This document shows, piece after piece, positions 1-7,516 of a DNA stretch of 36,591 nt; position 1 is the stretch's first letter, and each line of letters starts with the position of its first letter. The notes beneath the pieces were generated by a model. The model searched no databases. It was given only the letters and a program-made list of their open reading frames with translations, and was not told the origin of the DNA. The stretch spans positions 1 to 36,591 of the forward strand of contig CAZULD010000002.1 in the NCBI GenBank assembly GCA_964621135.1, given 5' to 3'. Source of the stretch: an uncultured Bacteroides sp. Its GTDB lineage: Bacteria; Bacteroidota; Bacteroidia; Bacteroidales; Muribaculaceae. The position numbers and the translations under genes are program-made.

Positions 1-21
1 CAATAAATTTTTTTCATAGTC

Positions 22-62
22 AGCCGCGCCGCTTGCGCGAGCAAACGGCGCGGCTTTCTTTT
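22..62 (+). terminator. Intrinsic terminator/attenuator upstream of the first fimbrillin gene
   Basis: Stem AGCCGCGCCG (22-31)/CGGCGCGGCT (46-55), inner TTGC/GCAA pair, GCGA tetraloop, then TTCTTTT. Confidence 0.8.
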
Positions 63-123
63 CAACCCTCCCCTCAACCCCCGCTAATCCTCAATCCTCA
101 ACCTCAAAAAAACGATCACATCC

Positions 124-1149
124 ATGATGTTTAACAAACTCATATACTCCGTTCTTGCCGTAGCCTCGCTTGGGGCTTTCGCGGCTTGTACGTCCTCATC
201 CGACGACGGCGTTGAGGCTCCCGCAACTCAGGTACAGTTCCGGGTGGCTGACGTGTCGCGCTCCTCACTCACCAACAACGATAATATAACGTCCAAATCA
301 TTTGCCGTCTATGGCGATATGGTTTCGACAAGCGCTGCAGCCGGAACAAAGCCGACTCTCGTGTTCCCGGGTACAAAGGTGGCTTACAACGGCACAAACT
401 GGGCCTACGAAAACACCCAATACTGGTTCCCCGGCCAGACCTATTCATTTGTCGCAGTTCATCCGCAAGATAATTCAGCCGCGGTCAGCGACCTTAAATA
501 TGAAAATAACAGCGTGAGCTTCAAATATAATTTTCCATCCACTTACAGCAATGCGGTCGACGTGCTAACCGCCACACACCGCCGCCGTTATCAGACCGGC
601 AATCCTCATGCCGTGGCATTCGATTTCAAGCACATCCTCGCCCGCATCGACTTCGTTGCAAAGGTCGATCCGCAGCTTGAGATAACGGTTCAGGTAAATC
701 ATCTGACCATGCGTAATGTCAGCACGGGAGCCACTTATACAATCACCCCCGCTTCGACCACTACCGAAACCGCGGATTACACTGACGGATGGTCGGACTT
801 CACCGACGCGAAAGCAACGCTTTTTGACCGCGATTTCGATGTCACTCTTACAAAAGATAATCCCACAAGCGACCTTTTCCCTATAGCCTCAGATCCTCTG
901 CTTATCATTCCACAGGAAGTGTCGCAAAATCTTGAGGTAGAGATCGCATATACTGTATCCGGTGCAGTAAAAACAGCCAAAGCAAATCTGTTTAGCACAA
1001 CAGTGGCTTCTCATGGCGGACGTTGGGTGGCCGGTCAGTCATACACCTATAACTTTACTCTCGGTGACAACGATGTAATCCTCTTCACCTCTCCGACTAT
1101 CCAGTCGTGGTCAGAAGCCGAGGGCGCAAATTATGTAGTAACAGACTAA
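124..1149 (+). CDS. Fimbrillin-family (Mfa-like, type V pilus) lipoprotein
   Basis: Lipobox AFAAC; Arg site VSR/SS; motifs W-Y-x4-YW-P...YSF-A-HP, F-FKHILARI-F and W-AG-SYTY-F; C-terminal W strand. Confidence 0.85.
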   Translation: MMFNKLIYSVLAVASLGAFAACTSSSDDGVEAPATQVQFRVADVSRSSLTNNDNITSKSFAVYGDMVSTSAAAGTKPTLVFPGTKVAYNGTNWAYENTQYWFPGQTYSFVAVHPQDNSAAVSDLKYENNSVSFKYNFPSTYSNAVDVLTATHRRRYQTGNPHAVAFDFKHILARIDFVAKVDPQLEITVQVNHLTMRNVSTGATYTITPASTTTETADYTDGWSDFTDAKATLFDRDFDVTLTKDNPTSDLFPIASDPLLIIPQEVSQNLEVEIAYTVSGAVKTAKANLFSTTVASHGGRWVAGQSYTYNFTLGDNDVILFTSPTIQSWSEAEGANYVVTD

Positions 1150-1184
1150 GATCCGATAATCAATCTTTCTTCACGATATAAGCA

Positions 1185-2399
1185 ATGATAAAAGTTACAA
1201 AATATATAGCCTTATGGCTGACAGCAGCGGGACTGGCGGCGTGCGCGTCGACAGCCGACGAACCGTCGGCCGGGCCCTCGCCTGATGAATATATTTGCTT
1301 CGGTATGCCGACAATAAAGGTTGACGCTACGGTAGGCAACTTTGCCGATTCACCGACTTCGCGCTCCTCTATTTCTACCTCGATCGACAAGTTCCAAGTC
1401 TGGGGTTTCTGTGTGCCTAACAACATTTCCGGAAGTCTCAATCAGTCTGCCGCTACTCAGAATTGGGATCAGAAGTCGACTTTCTTCACTTCTGACGGAT
1501 CGGCTGACGTATTCAGAAACCTTACTGTAAAGAATAGCGATAACGGATTTACGTCATACGACAATACTTCTTTTGGCGGAGAAAAATTCACGCCATGGAA
1601 CAGTAATGCCAATGCCCGCTATTCGTTTATAGCCGGCTATATTCCCGATGGAACATTTACCGGAAGTTTCGCTATGGAAAAGGCATTACAGACTACTGAA
1701 GTCGATAAGGAGACCGGCAAAAATCTGTCCCATGGCCCGCGTCTGACTTATACATTGCCTCATGCCGCAACAATCGATACGGTCGGTATAACCACAATCG
1801 TTCCGTCTGCAGATCTTGACGCTCTTGTTGCCGCCCGATTTGATCATCAGAAGGCTAACGGCCGTGTCAATCTGTCGTTCTTCCACTTTATGACAGGTCT
1901 CCGATTCAAATTTCACAACCATACAGCCGACAAGCAGCTAGTAATCACCCGTGTTATTTACAAAGGTATCTTTCATCGAGAAATTACTTTCGATTTTACC
2001 ACGGATGAGCCTACAATGTCAGTCAAGGGCGAATACGGCAGGAAATTCCAACTCTCCAACGGTAACCAGACAATCGTGCCGGGGGCGGCTGACTTTATGG
2101 GGGGAAATGATGATCCGGTGATCTTCCTGATGCTACCTAACCCCGACGGCACGACTAACGACTCAGACGGCAGATATACATTAGGTCGCGAAAAAGAAAT
2201 CAGAGTGGAATACACACTTGGTGACAATACGCCTAAACACTTTGTTCATAAAAACTTTACTCTCAACTATATTCCGCAGCCTAATACGCTCCACACCGCT
2301 CACTTCCACTTTGTCGGAGACGAGTTTGTAGTTATGTTTCAGGCCGATGACGAAAAGAACTGGGAGAACGGTTCAGACAATCCGGTTATAATCCATTGA
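1185..2399 (+). CDS. Fimbrillin-family lipoprotein (accessory pilin)
   Basis: Lipobox GLAAC; TSR/SS site; F-VWG, YSFIA and V-L-FFHFMTGLRF motifs; C-terminal WENGSD; lies between pilin genes. Confidence 0.75.
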   Translation: MIKVTKYIALWLTAAGLAACASTADEPSAGPSPDEYICFGMPTIKVDATVGNFADSPTSRSSISTSIDKFQVWGFCVPNNISGSLNQSAATQNWDQKSTFFTSDGSADVFRNLTVKNSDNGFTSYDNTSFGGEKFTPWNSNANARYSFIAGYIPDGTFTGSFAMEKALQTTEVDKETGKNLSHGPRLTYTLPHAATIDTVGITTIVPSADLDALVAARFDHQKANGRVNLSFFHFMTGLRFKFHNHTADKQLVITRVIYKGIFHREITFDFTTDEPTMSVKGEYGRKFQLSNGNQTIVPGAADFMGGNDDPVIFLMLPNPDGTTNDSDGRYTLGREKEIRVEYTLGDNTPKHFVHKNFTLNYIPQPNTLHTAHFHFVGDEFVVMFQADDEKNWENGSDNPVIIH

Positions 2400-2432
2400 T
2401 CTCTCATCATTAATATAAAGCTGTTCTAAGAT

Positions 2433-5150
2433 ATGATCACTTCACTTAAAAAATATATTCGTTTCGGTGCGATCGCGGGTGTCTTTGCGGCAGCCGTGAC
2501 AGCGTGTAACGACGATAGTCTCCTTTCTCCCGAGCCTGCGGGCGAGGGTGGCGACGGCTATATCGTGTTCCGTTGCGCTGACATGCTCGAAACCTTTGTA
2601 GGCCAACATAATCCCGCCTCGCGCGCGGGCGGCTCGAAGAATCCGGAAGAAAAAGCTGTCAATACACTCCATATCTTCTTCTTCGATAATAACACAGGAA
2701 AATTGCTGACCAGGGAATATGATAATTTTCAGCCCTATCAGAAAGTTATCGGCAACTCCTTCATAAAAATTCCTACGGGCGACGGCATTCCGGAAGACCT
2801 TAAAGAAAAACTGAGTCATGTACGCATTGTTGCCATTGCCAACATTGACGCTACTGATGAGGCCATGGCTGCTACTGATGAAGTCAATCAATTTTATACC
2901 GATTTTAGTGTAGGCGGCAAGATTCAGCAGGCCGGCCGCGATGCAGGCGGTCAGCCTTACAAGATTGAAAAATACAGCGATCTTGAAGAATGGGTCTACT
3001 ATCCCCGCATCCGTATGGGTGAAGATGGCAGCGGTGACATTTCCAAGCTCCCCGATGCAGGTATGCCGATGATAGGTGAGCTCGGCAATACTGAGATCGG
3101 TCAGGAACCACTCGATCTTTCCTCGAAACCTGCCACAACACCGGTAGTGAACATGAAAGCCTTGATGTCTAAGGTCAATGTATCTGTGGAACTTGATCCC
3201 GACCAGTCGACCGACCGATATCCTCTGCTTAAGATTACTGGCTACGGTGTGCGTAATATGCCTATAGCCGTACCCTTCCGGCAGCCGACAGCCGGGGTAA
3301 ACGATGGTCAGACAAAGGGGAAACCGGCTGATTATGAAGATTATTTTACCAAATATGATGTCACAAATGTTTCGATGTTCCATGCTGATGGAAGTTCGAG
3401 CGGAGGAACCCATACAGAATGTAAGCCCGAGCAGCATGAATTTGTAACATCTGCAAATGTGACTATTAATAAGGACTCCGAGCCGGTGACTTTCACCTAC
3501 TATACTTTCGAAAATATCAATCTTCCGGATTATAATGCCAAACGTGCCAACGGCGAAGATGCATTCAATGGTGCTCTTGAGCCGCAATATCCTCAGGCAA
3601 TACAAAATATTAAAGATAAGGATGAGGCGGCCAAGCAGAAGCAGCGTTGGAAATCGACATTTGCTTATTCTGACCGCGCGTCGGCCATGATACTAAAGGG
3701 CGAATACACCACCCATCAGGGCCTTACATATAAGGCCCAGTTTACCGTTTACTTAGGATGTACGGTCGGCGTAGAGGATCCCAATATCGACTTCCAAGTT
3801 AAGCGTAACCACCGTTATGATAACAATATCGTGATCCACGGTCTTGATTATATCCGTAACTCGGATGACGACGTTTATAATTTCGACGGTCGCGTCAACG
3901 TCGTTGATGACAACCCATTTTATCTCGCAATCGTCAACGAGCGCAAGGTCGATGCTCACGCTACGGCTCTGCCGATGGACGTTTGGTTTATGTATCGTGA
4001 AGATGGCGGCGGTAGCGGTAAAGAAGAAGCAGTCTTTGATCATAACTCTACTGTAACGGTTACTATCCCAGATGAGTGTAACTGGGTTAGAATGGTGATG
4101 ATTCCGCGTGCAGAAATGGAGGCAGAAAGAGAAGTTGTGGTGAATGGAGTGACAAAGAAAGTTTCATTCTATCCCGGAACCGGAGCAGAAGAATATTTTA
4201 CTACGGATCTCTTTACTCGTATAGATAATAAAACGATTCTTTCCGGCCACTACGAAGGTGCTCAATGTGGGAAATCGGTTACGATACAGTGTACACCTAC
4301 GCTAAATAATTCACGTTCGCGTGTCTATTTCTATATTGATGAGAATGTTCCAACCTCAAATAATCCAACCAATTACGGTGATCGTAAGGTAGAAGTGACT
4401 GTCAGCTATACAACAGACAAAGAGGGAGTTGCTAACCGTACGCGAACCATCGAAATCGAACAGAAGGCATTGTTAAAGGTGGAAGGAACCCACCCAAGCG
4501 GAACCGTTCCTACTACTTGGATGGAATATTACGAGGAATATCTTGAACATAGTGATCCTCTGGATCAGCATGAGCAGCCTGGCGAATTGTATAGCGGCCT
4601 AGAGTGGGGGTTAAATGGGACACAAATCCCCGCCGCTGCAAATGATGAAAGCAATACCCAAGGTAATGTGCACCATATCTATTATAAAACTGGAGGGTTT
4701 AGTATGACTCGTTGGGTGATTAATAATACAAGCACAAAAAATCTAAATACGGTCACATTGTTCAATACCGAACCTCCAGCATCTGCGTTCCATTATTGTT
4801 TTGGTAAAAATAAACGAAATTCTGATGGATCTGCATCTTATGAATATAGACAGACAACCTCCTGGGGTTTGGTAAATGGAAATGTGGCTAAGGGATGGTA
4901 TATGCCGGGTATTCGTGAGCTTGAATTAGCTTTGGTGAATTACTATAACCAATTTTCTGAATTCCAAGGGAATCTTTATTGGTCTGCGGCTCCGGCAGCA
5001 AGTACTAATTACTATGCACGAGCTACTGGTGTGCTTGTTGACGGCACTTCATATACTTATGTACAAAGTAGTAGCGGTCAGGATGGATATGTTGCACGAA
5101 CCGGAACTAATAGTAAAAAACGTATCCGAGCATTCTACCGTGTAGATTAA
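2433..5150 (+). CDS. Large type V pilus tip/adhesin-like lipoprotein with a C-terminal C-type-lectin-like (DUF1566/Fib_succ_major-like) region
   Basis: Lipobox AVTAC-NDD; SR/A site followed by E-AVNTLHIFFFD; AIAN, PM-G, Y-FEN and DF-VKRNHRY pilin motifs; C-terminal GWYMP-IREL...YWS...RIRA. Confidence 0.75.
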   Translation: MITSLKKYIRFGAIAGVFAAAVTACNDDSLLSPEPAGEGGDGYIVFRCADMLETFVGQHNPASRAGGSKNPEEKAVNTLHIFFFDNNTGKLLTREYDNFQPYQKVIGNSFIKIPTGDGIPEDLKEKLSHVRIVAIANIDATDEAMAATDEVNQFYTDFSVGGKIQQAGRDAGGQPYKIEKYSDLEEWVYYPRIRMGEDGSGDISKLPDAGMPMIGELGNTEIGQEPLDLSSKPATTPVVNMKALMSKVNVSVELDPDQSTDRYPLLKITGYGVRNMPIAVPFRQPTAGVNDGQTKGKPADYEDYFTKYDVTNVSMFHADGSSSGGTHTECKPEQHEFVTSANVTINKDSEPVTFTYYTFENINLPDYNAKRANGEDAFNGALEPQYPQAIQNIKDKDEAAKQKQRWKSTFAYSDRASAMILKGEYTTHQGLTYKAQFTVYLGCTVGVEDPNIDFQVKRNHRYDNNIVIHGLDYIRNSDDDVYNFDGRVNVVDDNPFYLAIVNERKVDAHATALPMDVWFMYREDGGGSGKEEAVFDHNSTVTVTIPDECNWVRMVMIPRAEMEAEREVVVNGVTKKVSFYPGTGAEEYFTTDLFTRIDNKTILSGHYEGAQCGKSVTIQCTPTLNNSRSRVYFYIDENVPTSNNPTNYGDRKVEVTVSYTTDKEGVANRTRTIEIEQKALLKVEGTHPSGTVPTTWMEYYEEYLEHSDPLDQHEQPGELYSGLEWGLNGTQIPAAANDESNTQGNVHHIYYKTGGFSMTRWVINNTSTKNLNTVTLFNTEPPASAFHYCFGKNKRNSDGSASYEYRQTTSWGLVNGNVAKGWYMPGIRELELALVNYYNQFSEFQGNLYWSAAPAASTNYYARATGVLVDGTSYTYVQSSSGQDGYVARTGTNSKKRIRAFYRVD

Positions 5151-5236
5151 TAGAAGAATATAGATAGAAAGAAACAGGAAACTCAAAGGGGAAAGACACA
5201 CAGATAGGGCGAAGCAATGATAATGTGGTTGCCCGG

Positions 5237-5272
5237 TCGGCCTTCACGAGAGATCGTGAGGGCCGATTTTTT
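5237..5272 (+). terminator. Intrinsic terminator ending the pilus operon
   Basis: TCGGCCTTCACGA-GAGA-TCGTGAGGGCCGA followed by TTTTTT. Confidence 0.9.
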
Positions 5273-5325
5273 AGTGTCATTGGGCCGGCGGCTTGGCGTG
5301 AGATTAAGTATTGGGGAAATTTGTG

Positions 5326-5333
5326 TAACTTTG
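5326..5333 (+). promoter_or_regulatory. Bacteroidota sigma-A -7 element for the esterase gene
   Basis: TAACTTTG matches TAnnTTTG, 21 nt before ATG 5355. Confidence 0.7.
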
Positions 5334-5354
5334 TGGAAAATCAATTGGTATGTT

Positions 5355-6455
5355 ATGAAAAATGTAGTTTTTGCTGCGGCGGCTATGGGCGTCGCTTTGA
5401 GTGTGGCAGCCGCTCCGGCTGCGAAATCGTATCGCGCTGACGACGCGGACGCTGTGAGAATCGTAGGCCGTACGCTGGTTCAGCCGGACGGGTCGGTGAG
5501 CTTCGACTGGAGCGGTGTCTACGCGGAGACGGTCGTAGACGGCGCAAAGGCTGTCGATCTGCACGCCAGCGGTACGGGTAAGAATTATTTTGACGTGACG
5601 GTCGACGGCCGTCCGGCGGGTCAGATCAAGGTGGCGTCGGCCGACACGGTGATACGCGTAGCGTCGAATTTGCCGAAGGGACGCCACACGATAGCGATAC
5701 GCAAGCGCACGGAGGGGGAGACGGGCCGCACAACGTTTCACTCGTTCGAGCTGCCTCAGGGGGGCACGATGACGGCGACTGCGCCGCGCGGCCGCCACAT
5801 AGAGTTTATCGGTAATTCGCTGTCGGCGGGGTTCGGCACGGATTCTAACGATCCCCGCGCGCCGTTCACGCCTGAAACGGAGAGCTGCAATCTGGCTTAT
5901 TCGACGATCGTGCCGCGATATTTCGACGCTGACTATACGATCATCGCTCACTCGGGCCGCGGGGCTGTGCGCAACTACGGCGACTCGGTGAGGGTGTCGC
6001 GCAACGCGATGCGCCACAAGTTCTTACAGACGTTTGACGAGGACACGACGGTGCGCTGGACGTTCGAGGGCTATCGCCCGGACCTTGTGGTGATCAACCT
6101 CGGGGCGAACGATTTCTCGACGGAGCCGCATCCTTACCGCAGTGAATTCGTGAACGCTTACTCGGAGATAATCGACTCGATCATGGCTAAATATGGCCCG
6201 GAGACGCCGATACTGAGCGTGATGCCATATGCGATAGACGCGCAGATCGAACCGATGTTTGCCGACATCATGGAGCGGAACTCGAAGGCTAATATCCACT
6301 TTATCCGCATGCCGATGGATTATCTGAACTGGGATAATGACCGCGGGGCGGTGTGGCATCCGAATTATCAGGGCCAGAAGAAGATGGCGATGATGCTGAT
6401 ACCGTATGTAGCGACGATCACGGGCTGGGACTTCCCGACAAAGCCGGTAGAGTGA
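5355..6455 (+). CDS. Secreted SGNH/GDSL hydrolase, carbohydrate esterase family 2-like (acetyl esterase)
   Basis: Start moved to ATG 5355 (signal peptide MKNVVFAAAAMG, downstream of terminator and promoter); FDWSG N-domain, IRKRTE, IEFIGNSLSAGFG, AHSGRG, PDLVVINLGANDF and WHPN motifs. Confidence 0.85.
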   Translation: MKNVVFAAAAMGVALSVAAAPAAKSYRADDADAVRIVGRTLVQPDGSVSFDWSGVYAETVVDGAKAVDLHASGTGKNYFDVTVDGRPAGQIKVASADTVIRVASNLPKGRHTIAIRKRTEGETGRTTFHSFELPQGGTMTATAPRGRHIEFIGNSLSAGFGTDSNDPRAPFTPETESCNLAYSTIVPRYFDADYTIIAHSGRGAVRNYGDSVRVSRNAMRHKFLQTFDEDTTVRWTFEGYRPDLVVINLGANDFSTEPHPYRSEFVNAYSEIIDSIMAKYGPETPILSVMPYAIDAQIEPMFADIMERNSKANIHFIRMPMDYLNWDNDRGAVWHPNYQGQKKMAMMLIPYVATITGWDFPTKPVE

Positions 6456-6486
6456 GTCCGAGGTCATAGGTCTCATGCGTTATAGT

Positions 6487-6514
6487 CTCACGCAAAGACG
6501 CCGAGGGCGCGAAG
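6487..6514 (+). repeat. 28-bp direct repeat, left copy
   Basis: CTCACGCAAAGACGCCGAGGGCGCGAAG, identical to 7320-7347. Confidence 0.95.
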
Positions 6515-6577
6515 ATGAGGGGCTGTGTGGTGAACAAAAAAATATAAGCAATGTTTCGTATTTTGTAAACTTTTTGT

Positions 6578-6585
6578 TAACTTTG
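6578..6585 (+). promoter_or_regulatory. -7 promoter element of the TA operon
   Basis: TAACTTTG 20 nt before the toxin ATG; TTTC at 6554-6557 lies at -33 spacing. Confidence 0.7.
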
Positions 6586-6605
6586 TATAGTTAAATATAA
6601 GCGAT

Positions 6606-6950
6606 ATGGATAACCCGCTCTTTAAACTCGTAACACTGAAAGAGGCTAAAGAATTCCTGTTAGACTTGCCCGAAAAGGTTCAGGATAAGGTGCTCTATAA
6701 TATTCGTAAGGTTCGTTATGGGGTGAAAGATAAGGAGTTGTTTAAGAAACTCGGCGATACGGACATCTGGGAGTTTCGCACTATATGGCAGGGTAATGCG
6801 TATCGTTTGTTTGCGTTTTGGGATAAAGACGGTGAGACGCTCGTAGTAGCCACTCACGGGCTTGTAAAGAAAACCCAAAAGACTCCGAAGAGTGAAATTG
6901 AAAAAGCTGAAGCGATAAGAAAAGAATGGTTTAACAATAAACGTAGATAA
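6606..6950 (+). CDS. higB: Type II toxin, RelE/ParE superfamily (HigB/Gp49-like)
   Basis: 114 aa basic protein with FKKL--TDIWEFR, YRLFAFWD and THGLVKKTQKTP-SEIEKA; lies upstream of an HTH gene. Confidence 0.88.
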   Translation: MDNPLFKLVTLKEAKEFLLDLPEKVQDKVLYNIRKVRYGVKDKELFKKLGDTDIWEFRTIWQGNAYRLFAFWDKDGETLVVATHGLVKKTQKTPKSEIEKAEAIRKEWFNNKRR

Positions 6951-6953
6951 GAT

Positions 6954-7280
6954 ATGGCACAATTGGAATATACCACAATAGAGGAGCTTGAGGATCAGAT
7001 TCTCGGCAAAGTCGGAACTCCGCGACGCGATGAATTCGAGGAAACGGTAAAGGAGGAAATCCATGCTTACCATATCGGTGAAGCGATTAAAGCCGCCCGT
7101 AAGGAAAAGAATATGACTCAAGAGGAGCTTGGAGTTCTTATGGGCGTTAAGAAAGCCCAAGTGAGCCGTATAGAGAATGGTCAGACCTTTAATCTTTCAA
7201 CGGTTGCACGCGCATTCAAAGCGTTAGGACTTCATGTTAATCTGGAAGTTGAGGGTGGCGTGAAATTGGCTCTCTGTTAA
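6954..7280 (+). CDS. higA: XRE-family HTH antitoxin (HigA-like)
   Basis: IGEAIKAARKEKNMTQEELG--MGVKKAQVSRIENG HTH_3 motif; acidic N-terminus; 3 bp after the toxin. Confidence 0.88.
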   Translation: MAQLEYTTIEELEDQILGKVGTPRRDEFEETVKEEIHAYHIGEAIKAARKEKNMTQEELGVLMGVKKAQVSRIENGQTFNLSTVARAFKALGLHVNLEVEGGVKLALC

Positions 7281-7319
7281 AGGTTAACCATCACGCGGAG
7301 ACGCCCCCAGGAGGGTAAA

Positions 7320-7347
7320 CTCACGCAAAGACGCCGAGGGCGCGAAG
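7320..7347 (+). repeat. 28-bp direct repeat, right copy (partial third copy at 7291-7305)
   Basis: Identical to 6487-6514; TCACGCGGAGACGCC at 7291 matches 13 of 15 bases. Confidence 0.95.
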
Positions 7348-7374
7348 GGAAAGGGAAGAGAAGGCCAATCAGCA

Positions 7375-7397
7375 GTCGCGGCAGGCCGCGACCGTAC
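7375..7397 (-). repeat. REP-like palindrome
   Basis: Minus strand reads GTAC-G-GTCGCGGC-CT-GCCGCGAC: a tetranucleotide foot plus a GC-rich hairpin. Confidence 0.45.
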
Positions 7398-7429
7398 GGC
7401 GGGGGAGGCGAGATGGAAATATGAGATGG

Positions 7430-7468
7430 ATATATAAATAGTGACGCCCGGCCGGATGGTCGGGCGTC
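7430..7468 (-). terminator. Terminator of the TonB/DUF5689 operon (possibly bidirectional)
   Basis: GACGCCCGGCC/GGTCGGGCGTC hairpin (7443-7468) with an AT-rich tail on the minus strand, about 50 bp past the stop. Confidence 0.65.
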
Positions 7469-7516
7469 GGTGTTAGTATGGGGGTACGGCTCAGCGGGCG
7501 CCGTCGTCAGCGGTAT

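Noticed and set aside
2442-3605. 387-aa antisense ORF
   Set aside because: Shadow of the pilin gene, with no recognisable motifs
4860-5240. Complete diversity-generating retroelement
   Set aside because: No reverse transcriptase or template repeat seen in this window
5217-5354. N-terminal extension of the esterase in the ORF track
   Set aside because: It crosses a terminator and the -7 promoter box; the signal peptide begins at 5355
5805-5840. GNSL instead of GDSL in the esterase as a sign of inactivity
   Set aside because: The catalytic Ser and the C-terminal His (WHPN) are present; GNS is a tolerated variant in CE2-like enzymes
6487-7347. Possible IS or transposon
   Set aside because: No transposase and no terminal inverted repeats; kept as a repeat-flanked cassette
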